From an uncultured Pseudomonadota bacterium (GTDB taxonomy: Bacteria; Vulcanimicrobiota; Vulcanimicrobiia; Eremiobacterales; Eremiobacteraceae): 64,000 nucleotides of DNA. The translations under genes and the position numbers were made by a program. Each line of letters begins with the position of its first letter. The stretch's first letter is position 1. The notes under the pieces were generated by a model that saw only the letters and a program-made list of their open reading frames with translations, had not been told where the DNA came from and did not search any database. The stretch covers positions 128,001 through 192,000 of the forward strand of contig CAVTNB010000001.1 in the NCBI GenBank assembly GCA_963736005.1. The letters run 5' to 3'. Positions 27,561-38,900 of the stretch are shown here, piece after piece.

Positions 27561-27652
27561 ATGCCGAGGCGTTTGGGCTCCGTCACGCACGCGACCTTCT
27601 CGCTGGCACATTCACGCAAGGCTGCGCCCCGGGAGACGGGCAATACCTCTTC

Positions 27653-29056
27653 ATGAAGAACCTGCACGAATTTGATTTTTGCGTCCTTGGCGCGGGAAGC
27701 GGCGGCTTCGCAGCGGCAACGACGGCACGAAGCTTGGGTAAAACTGTTGCCCTGGTTGATGGCCTAGGTCCGCTTGCGGGCTTGTGCATTCTGCGCGGTT
27801 GCATGCCGAGCAAGACCCTCCTTCGCTCCGCTGAGATCGCGCACTTAATGAAGGTCGCCCCAGTTTTGGGCGTTCATCCCTCCGGCGTGCGTTTCGACGT
27901 CGCGCAAATCATCGAGCGCAAGAACAGGATCATTGATGGCTTCGCAAACTTTCGGGTCGATGGCATCAAAGAGTTCCCATTATTTTTAGGAGCGCCACGT
28001 TTTGTCAAGGCGGATGAGCTTGAAGTTGACGGACAAACGGTGCGGGCGAAGCGATTTCTCGTCGCCACTGGCTCTGTGATCAACGTACCCGCTGTTGCCG
28101 GATTGAACGAAACAGGCTTCATGACAAGTGACGACGTGCTCGATCTGACGACGCTGCCAAAAAGCGTTGTCGTGCTTGGGGGCGGGTCGGTAGCTGTCGA
28201 ACTTGGCCAGTATTTGGCGCGGATGGGAACGCACACAACGATCGTGCAGCGCAGCACAACCCTGTTGTCCAGCGAAGACCCAGACGTTGGCGAGTACCTA
28301 CGGATGGCGTTGGAAAAAGACGGAATCGAGGTTCTGACCGGTACAACGCTGACCTACGTTGAGAAAGTTGGTGCAAAAAAGAGAGTTTCGTTTCAACTCG
28401 CAGGCAGCGATGTGTCGGTCGAGGCCCATGAGGTCCTTGTCGCACTTGGACGGAGGCCAAATGTGGATGGCTTCGGATTTGAAGCCGCCGGCATTGCTTT
28501 CGACCATCACGGCGTGAAAACCGATCGTTTTCTTCGCACAAGCAATCCGCAAGTGTATGCCGCGGGTGACGTTACTGGCGCATTTGAATTAGTGCACGTT
28601 GCCGTTTACGGTGGACAACTCGCCGCACGGAACGCATTTTCAGAATCTCCCCAGCCGATAAATTACGATCGTATGGGAGCGCGTGCTGTGTTTACGGATC
28701 CTGCAGTTGCCGTGGCTGGTCTCACGGAACGCGAGTGCCAACAGCGACACATCGCGTATGAGAAGGCTGTCTATCGATTCGCGGAACTCGGCAAGGCCAT
28801 CGCAACGGAGCTGACCGAGGGTTTTTTAAAGATGCTCGCCGACTCGGATGGGCGGATCCTTGGCGTCACGATCGTCGGGGCAGAAGCGTCCGATCTTATC
28901 CACGAAGCGATCGCCCTTCTGTACTTCGGCGCCAAATGCCACGACGTGATGGAGATGCCGCACCTGCATCCCACGCTTGCAGAAATCATCACCTATCCGG
29001 CCGAAGAGCTTTCCGAGCGGATCGAGCATCAACGTCATGCAGTCGTCACGCCGTAA
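27653..29056 (+). CDS. Pyridine nucleotide-disulfide oxidoreductase (dihydrolipoamide dehydrogenase-like)
   Basis: GAGSGG, redox motif CILRGCMPSK, GGGSV..E, AAGD, C-terminal HPTLAE. Confidence 0.9.
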   Translation: MKNLHEFDFCVLGAGSGGFAAATTARSLGKTVALVDGLGPLAGLCILRGCMPSKTLLRSAEIAHLMKVAPVLGVHPSGVRFDVAQIIERKNRIIDGFANFRVDGIKEFPLFLGAPRFVKADELEVDGQTVRAKRFLVATGSVINVPAVAGLNETGFMTSDDVLDLTTLPKSVVVLGGGSVAVELGQYLARMGTHTTIVQRSTTLLSSEDPDVGEYLRMALEKDGIEVLTGTTLTYVEKVGAKKRVSFQLAGSDVSVEAHEVLVALGRRPNVDGFGFEAAGIAFDHHGVKTDRFLRTSNPQVYAAGDVTGAFELVHVAVYGGQLAARNAFSESPQPINYDRMGARAVFTDPAVAVAGLTERECQQRHIAYEKAVYRFAELGKAIATELTEGFLKMLADSDGRILGVTIVGAEASDLIHEAIALLYFGAKCHDVMEMPHLHPTLAEIITYPAEELSERIEHQRHAVVTP

Positions 29057-29093
29057 AGCGCGGCCACTGCATCGCTACGGTGCAGATTTGCCT

Positions 29094-29873
29094 ATGTACC
29101 GAAGACCCTATTTGTACGACCTCGCCTTCGGCTTTCGCGATATCGCGGCAGAGTGTCAGGGTCTCTTGACGTTAGCAGCGCGTCATGGGGTGAAGCACCC
29201 GCGAACGGTGATCGAGCTTGCCTGCGGGCCGGCGCACCACTTGCGGGAGCTTGCGCGGCTGGGGGTGGCATGTCAAGGACTCGACATCAACAGGGAGATG
29301 CTCGGATATGCGCGCGCTTTGTGTCGGCGTGATGGGGTTAAAGTTGCCTTGAGGCGAGCGGACATGCGAACGTTTACAACTCCTCGTCGGTTTGACGTCG
29401 CGCTCTGTCTCTTTGATTCGTTCGCGCAATGCGTCACCGATCGCGATGCCATCGAAACCCTGCGCTGCACTGGCGCGGCCTTGCGTCGCGGCGGCTTGGC
29501 GTTTGTCGAATTCACCCATCCGGCCGACTATTTTGGAAGAGGGAGAACGCGCACGGTAGACCGCTGGACCCAGCGCGACGGCGACCTTGCCGTGAGCGCA
29601 CGGTTCTCACTGACGCGCTTCGATCCGGTGGCTGAAACCGTCGTCGCGAGCCTTGTCATCGTACCGAAGGTGCGCAACGGAAAACGCAATGCTGCACAGC
29701 CCCTGGTCATGCGCTGGCCGCAACGCATGTGGCTGCGCGGCGGCATTTCGCACGTCGTTCTTGCAAGCGCATGCTTCGACATCGTTGGGTGGTATGGCGA
29801 CTTGGATCCAATTGCTCCGCTCGACCTCGCCGCCCAAGCGTGGCGAATGATCGTCGTGCTGCGCCGGCGGTAG
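29094..29873 (+). CDS. Class I SAM-dependent methyltransferase
   Basis: VIELACGPA, GLDIN.EML, ADMR.F...FD, LRRGG. Confidence 0.85.
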   Translation: MYRRPYLYDLAFGFRDIAAECQGLLTLAARHGVKHPRTVIELACGPAHHLRELARLGVACQGLDINREMLGYARALCRRDGVKVALRRADMRTFTTPRRFDVALCLFDSFAQCVTDRDAIETLRCTGAALRRGGLAFVEFTHPADYFGRGRTRTVDRWTQRDGDLAVSARFSLTRFDPVAETVVASLVIVPKVRNGKRNAAQPLVMRWPQRMWLRGGISHVVLASACFDIVGWYGDLDPIAPLDLAAQAWRMIVVLRRR

Positions 29874-29880
29874 CGATCGC

Positions 29881-30838
29881 ATGCGCATTGTGTCGCTCTC
29901 GAGCATTTGGAATGAGGAACTCGCGCCGCTGCTCGACCGCGGTCTCGAACTTTATGCTGTTGACCCAGACGATGCAAAGACGTTGGAGGCTGCCCTAGCT
30001 GACGCGCATGTCGTGATCAGCGCAAAGCTTTCAAGCCGGCAGATTCGGGCCTGCAAGCAACTGCGATTGCTCATTTGCCCGGCTGCCGGTACGGACCTCA
30101 TCGATCGAGCAGCTCTGCCAGGCGATGTGCAGTTCGTCAAAGGGTCGGGCCACGAGATTCCAATGGCGGAGTATGTGCATCGGTTGCCTTGTGGCGCTGC
30201 GTCAACACCTTTTTGAATCAGATGCCGCGTTGCGCCAGGGGCACTGGAAATATGGATTTCTCGGCGACTGCGGATTGCTCGATGAACTGCATGGGTCTGC
30301 TCTTGGTATGATTGGATTCGGGGGCATCGGCCAGGCTGTTGCTCGTCGCGCGCTCGCCTTTGGAATGCGATGTGCGGCGGTGACCCTTCATCCAGACACA
30401 AAGCGTGCGCAGGCCTCCGCGTTGGAATTTTTAGGAGGACTCGGCGATGCGGCAGAGGTCGATCGCCTGGTGAGCTGGAGCGATGCACTCGTGCTGTGCT
30501 GCGAGCTGTCGGAAATAACCCGAGGGATTCTCGACTCGCGACGCTTCGAGTTGATGAAACGCGGCGCCGTCGTAGTGAATATCGCGCGCGGACCAGTGGC
30601 TCGCGAAAAAGACTTCTACGATGCGCTCGCCAGCGGGCGGATCGCCGGCGCGGCGATCGACGTGTGGTACCGCTACCCGCCGGAGGCCAGCTTCCCGTCT
30701 GAGCTGCCGTTCCAAGACTTGAGGAACGTCATCATGACGCCTCATTCAAGCGCCTGGACCGAACCCACGAAGCGACGCCGCGTGGCGGCCATTGCAGCAG
30801 CGATCAACGACTTCGCGCGAGGCTCCAAGCCCGTTTGA
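29881..30838 (+). CDS. D-2-hydroxyacid dehydrogenase family protein, apparent +1 frameshift near 30177
   Basis: N-half (AGTDLID...MAEY) in ORF 29881..30216; C-half (GMIGFGGIG, VNIARG, AIDVW, MTPHSS) in ORF 30125..30838. Confidence 0.85.
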
Positions 30839-31514
30839 AGATGCGGTCGAGCATCGCCCGAGTGAGCTTTCCGGTGTTGGTGTTTTGGCGGCTGGGGTGG
30901 TAGCTCGCAAGGAGCTGAATCGTGCGGCCATCGCCGTTTTTGAGTTGATAGACCCGGTCGTGGCCGAAAATCGGTCGTTGCGCAGCCGTGAAGCCGCGTT
31001 CGCGCAAACGCGCCCAAATAGTGTCGAAGCCAATCTTGCCGAGAGCGACCACAACGCGAATCGAGCGCAGCAGGTCGAGTTCAGCGCGCATGTGATCGGC
31101 GCATTTCGCCATTTGGTCCGACGCGGGCTTGTTGCCAGGAGGAGCACAACGCAAGGCGGCGGTCATGAAAGCGTCGATCAGTTCGAACCCGTCGCCCCTG
31201 CGCACGGACGTCGGTTGGGTCGCTAAACCTGCACGATACAGTGCTCGGGCCAAAAAGACGGCCGAACCGTCGCCGGTAAACATGCGCCCCGTTCGATTGC
31301 CTCCATGTGCGGCTGGGGCGAGGCCAACGATCAGGACACGGGCATCCACCGAACCAATACTCGGCACGGGCTTTCCCCAATAGTGCTCGTGGGCAAACTC
31401 GCGCTTGCGCTCGGAAGCGACGCGGTGGCAATAGGCGCGTAACTCTGGACAGCGCGTACAGGTGACGATGCGGCGTCGCACCGCCCCTATGTTTGCCCCA
31501 AGATGTCGCAGCAC
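30804..31514 (-). CDS. Uracil-DNA glycosylase family 5 (UdgB-like, 4Fe-4S)
   Basis: CTRC..L, GLAPAAHGGNRTGRMFTGD, RCAPP.NKP, YHPSRQNT; GTG start after GAGG. Confidence 0.92.
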   Translation of the reverse strand: MLRHLGANIGAVRRRIVTCTRCPELRAYCHRVASERKREFAHEHYWGKPVPSIGSVDARVLIVGLAPAAHGGNRTGRMFTGDGSAVFLARALYRAGLATQPTSVRRGDGFELIDAFMTAALRCAPPGNKPASDQMAKCADHMRAELDLLRSIRVVVALGKIGFDTIWARLRERGFTAAQRPIFGHDRVYQLKNGDGRTIQLLASYHPSRQNTNTGKLTRAMLDRIFKRAWSLARSR

Positions 31515-31546
31515 GAGTTTCCTCGCGCCCGTCGTTTGCGAAGCTT

Positions 31547-32629
31547 TCAATCGCGACGGGTGCCGAGTGGGGAGCGATCGCCGATCCATTGCGCCGGGTC
31601 GATGACCCAATAGCGGGCAAGATTGTTGAGCGACGACGCGTACGTAGCGCGAAGGCGTCGAAATGCCTCCCAGGTTTGCGCTTCGTCGCCGAGCGTGTAG
31701 CCCGCGGCCGCGAGGCGCTCCCTAGCCGTCACAAATTCCTGCCGTTCGACCAACGACTGCTCCGTGCCCAAAAGACCAAAATAATCCGCAACGTCGTCAA
31801 CGAGATGCGCGCCGACGCTATGGGCAAGTTGCGCCTGCCCTTTAGGAACGCTTTCGATGGTGGAGACGACGAGGGTCGCGGCGTCAAGGATGGCGCCCAA
31901 GCCTGCGATCCATGACTCGCCAACGTGCGTGGATCGAAAGTAGCAGAGGACGGGATACGCAAGGTGCGTCTCAAGCACGTCTCCGCACCAAGCCTGCGCT
32001 GTGATGAAGAATCGTGAGAGGTCGTCAACGATGTCGAGCTGGGCGTGCGTTTCTAACAAGGCGACGCCAGAGGGGGGCGCTCCGGCACGCGCGTCAAGAA
32101 CGACCAAAAACAACTCGCGCTGGCGATACGAATTGAAGAGCGAAAAGAGAAAGGCGAGAACGATTGCAACGGTGGCCAAGCCCGTGACTCCGGCCGCAAG
32201 CGTCACCGTCCGGACGATGCTGCTCGAGGTAAGAGCGTTACCATAGCCGCTGTTGAGTACGGCGCTTCCCGCGAGGTAACTAGCTTCCCACAACGTCGGC
32301 GGTACTGGTTTGTGCTGTGTCTGGAAGCCAAAGAAGACGAACCCAAAGCCGATGATAAGCCCAACCAGCCATGTGCCAAGGAGCATCACAACCGAAGCGG
32401 GGGCGAAAAAGCCGAGCACGATCTCGCGGCGTCGAGGTGGTTGAAGGTCGGAGAAGAGCCTCTTCCAGGCACGCCAGGTGAAGCGGCGCAGGTATGCGCT
32501 GACAAGCAGCCGACCAGGGACCGGTCGCGGAACGATCACCGACGCAAACAGGTCGAACAGCACGACTGCAATGATCAGGATGCCAAGGGGAATCGCGATT
32601 GCGTGGGCGATGCTCATCGAGGATGACAT
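31547..32629 (-). CDS. Membrane protein with potassium-channel-like pore domain
   Basis: TM helices, pore-helix region YLAGSAVLNSGYG, cytoplasmic RAGAPPSG, ETHLAYPVLCYFRS, SWI..LG..LDAA. Confidence 0.72.
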   Translation of the reverse strand: MSSSMSIAHAIAIPLGILIIAVVLFDLFASVIVPRPVPGRLLVSAYLRRFTWRAWKRLFSDLQPPRRREIVLGFFAPASVVMLLGTWLVGLIIGFGFVFFGFQTQHKPVPPTLWEASYLAGSAVLNSGYGNALTSSSIVRTVTLAAGVTGLATVAIVLAFLFSLFNSYRQRELFLVVLDARAGAPPSGVALLETHAQLDIVDDLSRFFITAQAWCGDVLETHLAYPVLCYFRSTHVGESWIAGLGAILDAATLVVSTIESVPKGQAQLAHSVGAHLVDDVADYFGLLGTEQSLVERQEFVTARERLAAAGYTLGDEAQTWEAFRRLRATYASSLNNLARYWVIDPAQWIGDRSPLGTRRD

Positions 32630-32635
32630 TCTCTT

Positions 32636-33189
32636 ATGAGCAAAGGCAACCTCGTGACGAATTCACCGTCCATCATTTTGGAGACCGAACGATTGCGTTT
32701 GCGCGCGCTACAGCAGAGCGACTTCGCGGAATTGCTCGCCATGTTGAACGATCCCCTCGTGATGCGATACTATCCAAGCACCCTCGATGAAAGCGCCACG
32801 CAGGTTTGGATCGACCGTGTTCTGCAGTCGTATGCGACCGGCAGTATGGCTTGTGGGTTGTTGAGCGCAAGAGCAGCGGTGAGTTTGTCGGCCAATGCGG
32901 ACTCCTGCTGCAAGAGGTGGACGGTGTGGCTGAGATCGAGGTTGCCTATCTCTTCAAGAGCGCGCATTGGCACCAAGGGTACGCAACCGAGGCCGCGAGG
33001 GCATGTCGCGACTACGCCTTTTCGAAGTTAGGCGCTTCGACAGTCATCTCGTTGATCCGGCCGGCCAACTTGCCTTCTCGGGCCGTGGCCGAGCGCAACG
33101 GCATGACGGTTGAAAAAACAACAATCTTTCGAGGTCTTGAAGCGCTCGTTTATCGCGTGCACTCTGCAGGCGTTGAGTCTGGGCGATAG
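32636..33189 (+). CDS. GNAT (RimJ/RimL) N-acetyltransferase, apparent -1 frameshift near 32840
   Basis: LETERLRLR...VMRYYP in ORF 32636..; YGLWVVE...WHQGYATEAA...N.PS..VAER.GM in ORF 32806..33189. Confidence 0.85.
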
Positions 33190-33193
33190 CGCA

Positions 33194-34429
33194 ATGGAGA
33201 CTACCAGAACAACCTGTTGCATCGCGGGTGGTGGCCCAGCTGGGATGATGCTCGGGCTGCTTCTGGCACGCGCGGGCGTTACGGTGACCGTGCTCGAAAA
33301 GCACAAAGATTTCTTTCGGGATTTTCGAGGGGATACGGTCCACCCGTCGACGCTGCAACTGCTCGACGAGCTCGGGCTCATCGAGCGCTTCTTGGCATTG
33401 CGACACACCGTCGTGCGCAAGCTTGAGATTCTCACGGCAGATGGCCCGGTGACCGTCGCTAACTTCTCGCATCTGCGCACGAAGTATCCGTACGTTGCGC
33501 TTGTACCGCAGTGGGATTTGTTGAACTTACTCGCGCAGGAGGCAAAGTGCAACGCCTCATTCACGCTGTTGATGGAGGCCGAGGCGACACGCCTTGAGGA
33601 ACACGCAGGCGTGGTCGCGGGCTTGTACTACCGTATTGGCGATGAGGAAAGGCTCGTGCGCACCAATCTTGTCGTCGCTGCGGACGGTCGTCATTCCGTT
33701 CTCCGCGACGGTGCGCGCTTGCCGCGGGTCGAAAGCTCTCCTCCGATGGACGTGCTGTGGTTTTCGCTTCCCCGCTTACCATCCGACTCTGAGAATGTTT
33801 CCTTGAGAGTAGGCGTTGGAAAAATGGTCGTCTTGATCAATCGATTCGACTACTGGCAAGTGGGCTATATCGTGCCCAAGGGGCGCGCGCAGGAAATGTT
33901 GGTGAGCGGCGTCGACCAGATCACAAAAGGGCTCGCCGAGGTCGCGCCGGAGTTGGGTGATCGGGTCAACGAACTAAAAAGCACGGATCAGGTGAAGTTG
34001 CTGACGGTGCAATCAAACCGGCTTCTCAAGTGGTGGCTGCCTGGTTTCTTGTGCATCGGGGATGCTGCCCATGCAATGACGCCGGTCGGTGGCGTTGGGA
34101 TTAACCTTGCGATTCAGGACGCTGTCGCGGCGGCAAATCAACTGTGGCTTCCGCTTCGAGACGGCAAGCTCAAAGATGCTGACCTCCAAGCGATACAGCG
34201 GCGCCGTACCTTCCCGACGGTTGTCGCCCAGGCGTTACAGGCCGCGGTTCAAAAGCGCTTGCTGATGCACGTGTTCTCGAGCGCAGCACAAATCAAACTT
34301 CCATTGTTGTTTCGGCTGTTGCTCTCGCTGCCAGTTCTACGGGACCTGCCTGCGCGGGCGATCGGCCTCGGCGTGCGACCCGAGTACCCGTCAGCAGCAC
34401 TTGCAGCAGCAATGAAGGCTTCCCGGTGA
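33194..34429 (+). CDS. FAD-dependent monooxygenase/oxidoreductase
   Basis: IAGGGPAG, DFRGDTVH, AADGRHS, IGDAAHAMTPVGGVGINLAIQD. Confidence 0.9.
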   Translation: METTRTTCCIAGGGPAGMMLGLLLARAGVTVTVLEKHKDFFRDFRGDTVHPSTLQLLDELGLIERFLALRHTVVRKLEILTADGPVTVANFSHLRTKYPYVALVPQWDLLNLLAQEAKCNASFTLLMEAEATRLEEHAGVVAGLYYRIGDEERLVRTNLVVAADGRHSVLRDGARLPRVESSPPMDVLWFSLPRLPSDSENVSLRVGVGKMVVLINRFDYWQVGYIVPKGRAQEMLVSGVDQITKGLAEVAPELGDRVNELKSTDQVKLLTVQSNRLLKWWLPGFLCIGDAAHAMTPVGGVGINLAIQDAVAAANQLWLPLRDGKLKDADLQAIQRRRTFPTVVAQALQAAVQKRLLMHVFSSAAQIKLPLLFRLLLSLPVLRDLPARAIGLGVRPEYPSAALAAAMKASR

Positions 34430-34441
34430 GGTGAATTGGGT

Positions 34442-34894
34442 ATGAAGCGACAGTTTCTTGGCTTTGACCACGTCGATACGCGCGTGAAGTCGCTCAATGC
34501 GGTCGAGGCGTTTTACGATCGGCTGATGTCCGAGCTTGGTCTGCCTCGCAAACGTCTTTCGCACGTCGACCGGCTCGGGGAATGGCATTCGCCTTCTGAT
34601 GACCGGCCCTACAATACGGCAGAGTACTTTGAAGAGGCGAGCGCCCCGGAGGTGGCCAGGTTCATTGGATTTGTCGAAGACACAAAGATGGTGCCAACGC
34701 TGACGCGGATCGCGTTCCGCGTGCAGGCACCGCTCGATGCCGGCCATTGGCAATCGTTCTTAAGCTCGATTGGAGCCGCCAATATCGAGCCGTCTGCGTC
34801 CGATGATTATCCGGCGATCTTTTTCGAAGACCCTGGCGGTACGAAACTTGAGATTTGCGCGCGCAAACCAAGCGTTGCGGAGCCGCCGCAATGA
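34442..34894 (+). CDS. VOC/glyoxalase family protein
   Basis: FDHVD.RV.....E.FY, RIAF, FFEDPGG.KLE. Confidence 0.8.
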   Translation: MKRQFLGFDHVDTRVKSLNAVEAFYDRLMSELGLPRKRLSHVDRLGEWHSPSDDRPYNTAEYFEEASAPEVARFIGFVEDTKMVPTLTRIAFRVQAPLDAGHWQSFLSSIGAANIEPSASDDYPAIFFEDPGGTKLEICARKPSVAEPPQ

Positions 34895-35889
34895 AAGCGA
34901 TGGTGCTCCGTGAACCCGGCCCGGTCGAGCGATCACCGCTTCGCTTGGAAGACGTCGAGCTGGGCCCCCTGCGGAGCGGACACGTTCGGTTGCGCGTGCT
35001 GGCCCGCGGTGTGTGCCGGACGGACTTGCACATTGTTGAAGGGGAGCTGCCTCCAAAACATCCGTGGATCATCCCTGGGCATCAAATCGTGGGTGAGATT
35101 GTGGAGAGTGCGGATGCCACAAAGCGGGTTGGTGCGCGTGTCGGAGTTTCATGGCTAGGCGGCGTGGACGGTACGTGTCAGTTTTGCCAAAGCGGCATGG
35201 AAAATCTGTGCGATCGGCCGACGTTTACCGGGTACGATGTCAATGGTGGCTATGCGGAGTATGCCGATGCGCGCGGAGATTTCACGATTGCGCTTCCCGC
35301 TGAGCTCGACGACGTGCACGCGGCGCCGCTCCTCTGCGCGGGCATTATCGGTTTTCGCGCGTTGCGCGTCGCCGGTGTGGCTCGTGGCGAGCGCGTGGGA
35401 CTCTTTGGATTCGGTGGCTCGGCGCATCTGGTTGCCCAAGTACTTCGTCATTGGGAATGCGAGATATTTGTTGCAACCCGTGGCGCATCGCACCGAGCTC
35501 TTGCGCAGTCGATGGGTGCGATTTGGGTTGGGGATGCTACGGATGTACCCCCAGAGCGACTGGATCGGGCAATAACATTCGCACCATCGGGCGATGTCGT
35601 GGTCGCAGCGCTCTCGTCGCTGCGCAAGGGCGGCGTCGTTGCCATCAATGCGATTCACTTGGACCGCATGCCGCAGTTCGATTACGATCGTTTACTCTGG
35701 GGCGAACGCCAGATCCGAAGCGTCACGAATATGACCCGGCAGGATGCCAGAGATTTCTTGGCACTGGCGGCGGAAATCCCCATCGAATCGCACGTAACAA
35801 CGTTTCCACTGCGTGAGGCAAACGCAGCCCTTGCGGCTATGAAGAGCGATGCACTTGACGGTGCCGCCGTTTTGGTTCCTACCACGTAG
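34891..35889 (+). CDS. Zinc-dependent alcohol dehydrogenase family protein
   Basis: GVCRTDLH, PGHQIVG, C..C.....NLC, APLLCAG, GFGGSA. Confidence 0.92.
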   Translation: MKAMVLREPGPVERSPLRLEDVELGPLRSGHVRLRVLARGVCRTDLHIVEGELPPKHPWIIPGHQIVGEIVESADATKRVGARVGVSWLGGVDGTCQFCQSGMENLCDRPTFTGYDVNGGYAEYADARGDFTIALPAELDDVHAAPLLCAGIIGFRALRVAGVARGERVGLFGFGGSAHLVAQVLRHWECEIFVATRGASHRALAQSMGAIWVGDATDVPPERLDRAITFAPSGDVVVAALSSLRKGGVVAINAIHLDRMPQFDYDRLLWGERQIRSVTNMTRQDARDFLALAAEIPIESHVTTFPLREANAALAAMKSDALDGAAVLVPTT

Positions 35890-35910
35890 CAGCGAACCTT
35901 TAGGTTCGCT
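35886..35910 (+). repeat. GTAG-type REP palindrome
   Basis: GTAG-C-AGCGAACCT/tt/AGGTTCGCT, with a compensatory change relative to the other copies; contains the adh stop. Confidence 0.8.
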
Positions 35911-35933
35911 CTATGCGGTCAACGCCAGTCCTC

Positions 35934-38900
35934 CTAAGAGCACCCCATGCTGCGCCCACAGCTGTCGCAGACGTAGCACGCCCCGTTTCGCCTGGTAATA
36001 GAACCGCAGACGTCACACAGCGGCGCATCCCCCATGAGCGAGGCCATCTGCGCTTCACGCGAGCGCAGCGCATTGAGTTGAGTTGCAAGCTCTGGATCGA
36101 CGGTTGCATTCTGGCCAGGCGCCGCTTGTGCGCGCGGTTGGGCGATCCCAGAGGAGGGCAGCGGCCGCGGCACCGGTGTTTCGTCAGCGACTTGCTGTGC
36201 GCTCACTCGCGCTTCGAACTCGGCTTGGGCGTGATCGTCGTGGTTTGTATCGTCCACGTCCTTGTCTTCCGGCTTGATCTGAACGAAGTCTGTACGGCCC
36301 AGATACTCCATGCCAAGAACGCGGAAGATGTAGTCGACGACGCTCGTGCAGTGTTTGATGTTCGGATGATCGACGAAGCCATTTGGCTCGAAACGCGTGA
36401 AGACGAATTTGTCCACAAACTCTTCGAGGGGCACGCCATATTGAAGACCGATGGAGACAGCGATGGCGAAGCAGTTCATCAAACTGCGGAAGGAAGCGCC
36501 TTCCTTATGCAGGTCAACGAAGATTTCGCCCAGCGTGCCATCAGCATACTCGCCGGTTCTCAGGAAAACGGTGTGCCCTGAAATCTTCGCTTTTTGCGTC
36601 CACCCGCGGCGCTTTGCCGGCAAGCGATTGCGTTCGAGCGCCTGCGCGACTTTTCTCTTGAAGTCCGTATTTGTTGCGTTGGCCAAAATTCGCTGCGCGG
36701 CGGCCAAGATCTCATCTGGTCGCAACTCCTCGGCGCGTTGGCGTCGCGCTTCCTCGAGCTGCTTGGCGAATTCTTCCGAAAGCGCAAGCTGGCGATCGCT
36801 GTCGGTGGCCGTCTTATCGGTTCCCTTGTTCGACAGCGGTTGCGAGAGCTTAGAGCCGTCGCGATACAGCGCTATCGCCTTGAGGCCGAGATCCCACGAG
36901 CGCAAGTACGCTTCTTTGATCTCATCCACCGTGGCTTCATTTGGCATATTGATGGTCTTGCTCAAAGCTCCACTGATAAACGGCTGTGCCGCCGCCATCA
37001 TGCGGACATGGCCCATGTGGTGAATGAAACGCTTGCCAAGCTTCCCGCATTTGTTGGCACAATCGAAAGCTGGATAATGCTCCTCTTTTAGATGCGGCGC
37101 GCCCTCGATCGTCATCGTGCCGCAAATATAATTGTTGGCAGCTTCGATTTCGTCGCGGTTGAAACCGAGCAATCGGAGCAGATCGAAGTCGACCGCATTG
37201 TATTGTTCGGGTGTGATACCTAGGCGCTGTAGGGTCTCTTCCCCCAGCGTCCACTGATTAAACGCAAAGCCAATCTCGAACACCGTGGGCAACGCCTTTT
37301 CGATCTTGATAATGTCCTCGCTCGTGAATCCGCGAGCGCGCAACGTTTCGGCATTGATGTATGGAGCACCGTAGAGCGAGCCCGAACCCTTTGCGTATCG
37401 AACGATATCATCGATCTGTTTTTCATTGTAGCCGAGGTTGCTCAGCGCCATCGGAAGAGATTGGTTGATGATCTTAAAGTAGCCGCCGCCGGACAGCTTC
37501 TTGAATTTCACGAGGGCAAAGTCTGGTTCGATGCCTGTCGTGTCGCAATCCATGAGTAAACCGATGGTACCAGTTGGCGCGATGCATGTGGCTTGCGCGT
37601 TGCGGTATCCGTTTTGCTCTCCGAGCTCGACCGCGCGATCCCAACATTCACGCGCAGCCGAGAGCAGATACGGCGGGCACAGGGAAGCATCGATCCCCAT
37701 TGGGATGACCGACAACTGCTCATACTCGGCCGCTTTCGCGTTGTACGCCGCGCGTCTGTGATTCTTCATAACGCGCAACATGGGCTCCGCATTTTCTTTA
37801 TAGCGCGGGAATGGTCCGAGTTCCCCCGCCATCTCCGCCGAGGCCGCGTACGATTCTCCCGTGAGTATCGCAGAAATAGCACCTGCAATTGCGAGTGCCC
37901 GTGGCGAATCATACGGAATCCCGGAAACCATGAGCAGCGTGCCGAGGTTGGCGTATCCCAGCCCGAGCGTGCGGTACTCGTAGGACTTCCGCGCGATTTC
38001 CGAACTTGGGAATTGCGCCATCAGCACCGATATTTCGAGCACCATGGTCCAGAGCCGGCACGCATGCTTGAATGCTTCCACGTCAAGCGTGTTCTTGTCA
38101 GCGTCGTAGAATGTCATCAAGTTGATGCTAGCGAGGTTGCAGTTATGCGTAACCATACCCTCAGCGATCACCGTGTGTGTCACTGGCTCGGTGATATCGT
38201 AAACAGTCTCCTCGCCGTCGGCAACGATTTCGATAACTTTTGGTGCGCGCGGATTCTTCTTAGCTCCCGCAAACGAAGAAGCTAGAATATTTTGCGCCAG
38301 CGCATCTTTGTAGGCCGAACATGGGAAACCGACGAGGCTAAGAAAGCGTCGAGCCTGCTGATTATAGACGTGAAGCTGTCCTTGCGGATTCTTACGACCC
38401 TCAGGGTGCATCCATGCAATACGCGACGTAATCCCGATATCTGAAAGTAAGAGTTGCACGGACCGGAGTAACTGGGGCGAGGAGGAAGCCAGCATAACTT
38501 CCTTTTCGATTCCGCTGGCATCTAAAATGGTTCCGTCTGCCGAGAAGAGACCTTGGAGGTAGGCAATCTTAAGATCATTGGAAACATAGTGGATTCGGTT
38601 CGGCACGTCTTTGGCGACTGCAGTTGCTTGTTTGAAACCGTAGTGCCGCTCGAGGTATGAAACGAGCGAGGACTGCTTCGAACTGGTTTGCATGACGCCG
38701 TTGGCCTGGATTGAAATCGTTGAGGCTCGAGTTACAAGGCTAGCTCCTCCGGCTGCGGCGACCTTGAGATCATTCACCTCGGCAGTCATCTCTAAGGCCG
38801 TTTCTTCCTCTGTAGGAGCGAACACAAGCGCAACGGTGCCCTTGCTGAACACACCGTCACCTGTAAGCCATCCGAGCGTTTGCCAGCGCTTCACCTCGGT

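Noticed and set aside
27653..29056. Possible mercuric reductase MerA
   Set aside because: No C-terminal Cys-Cys pair, no N-terminal HMA domain and no mer genes nearby; it ends with the HPTxxE motif of Lpd-like enzymes.
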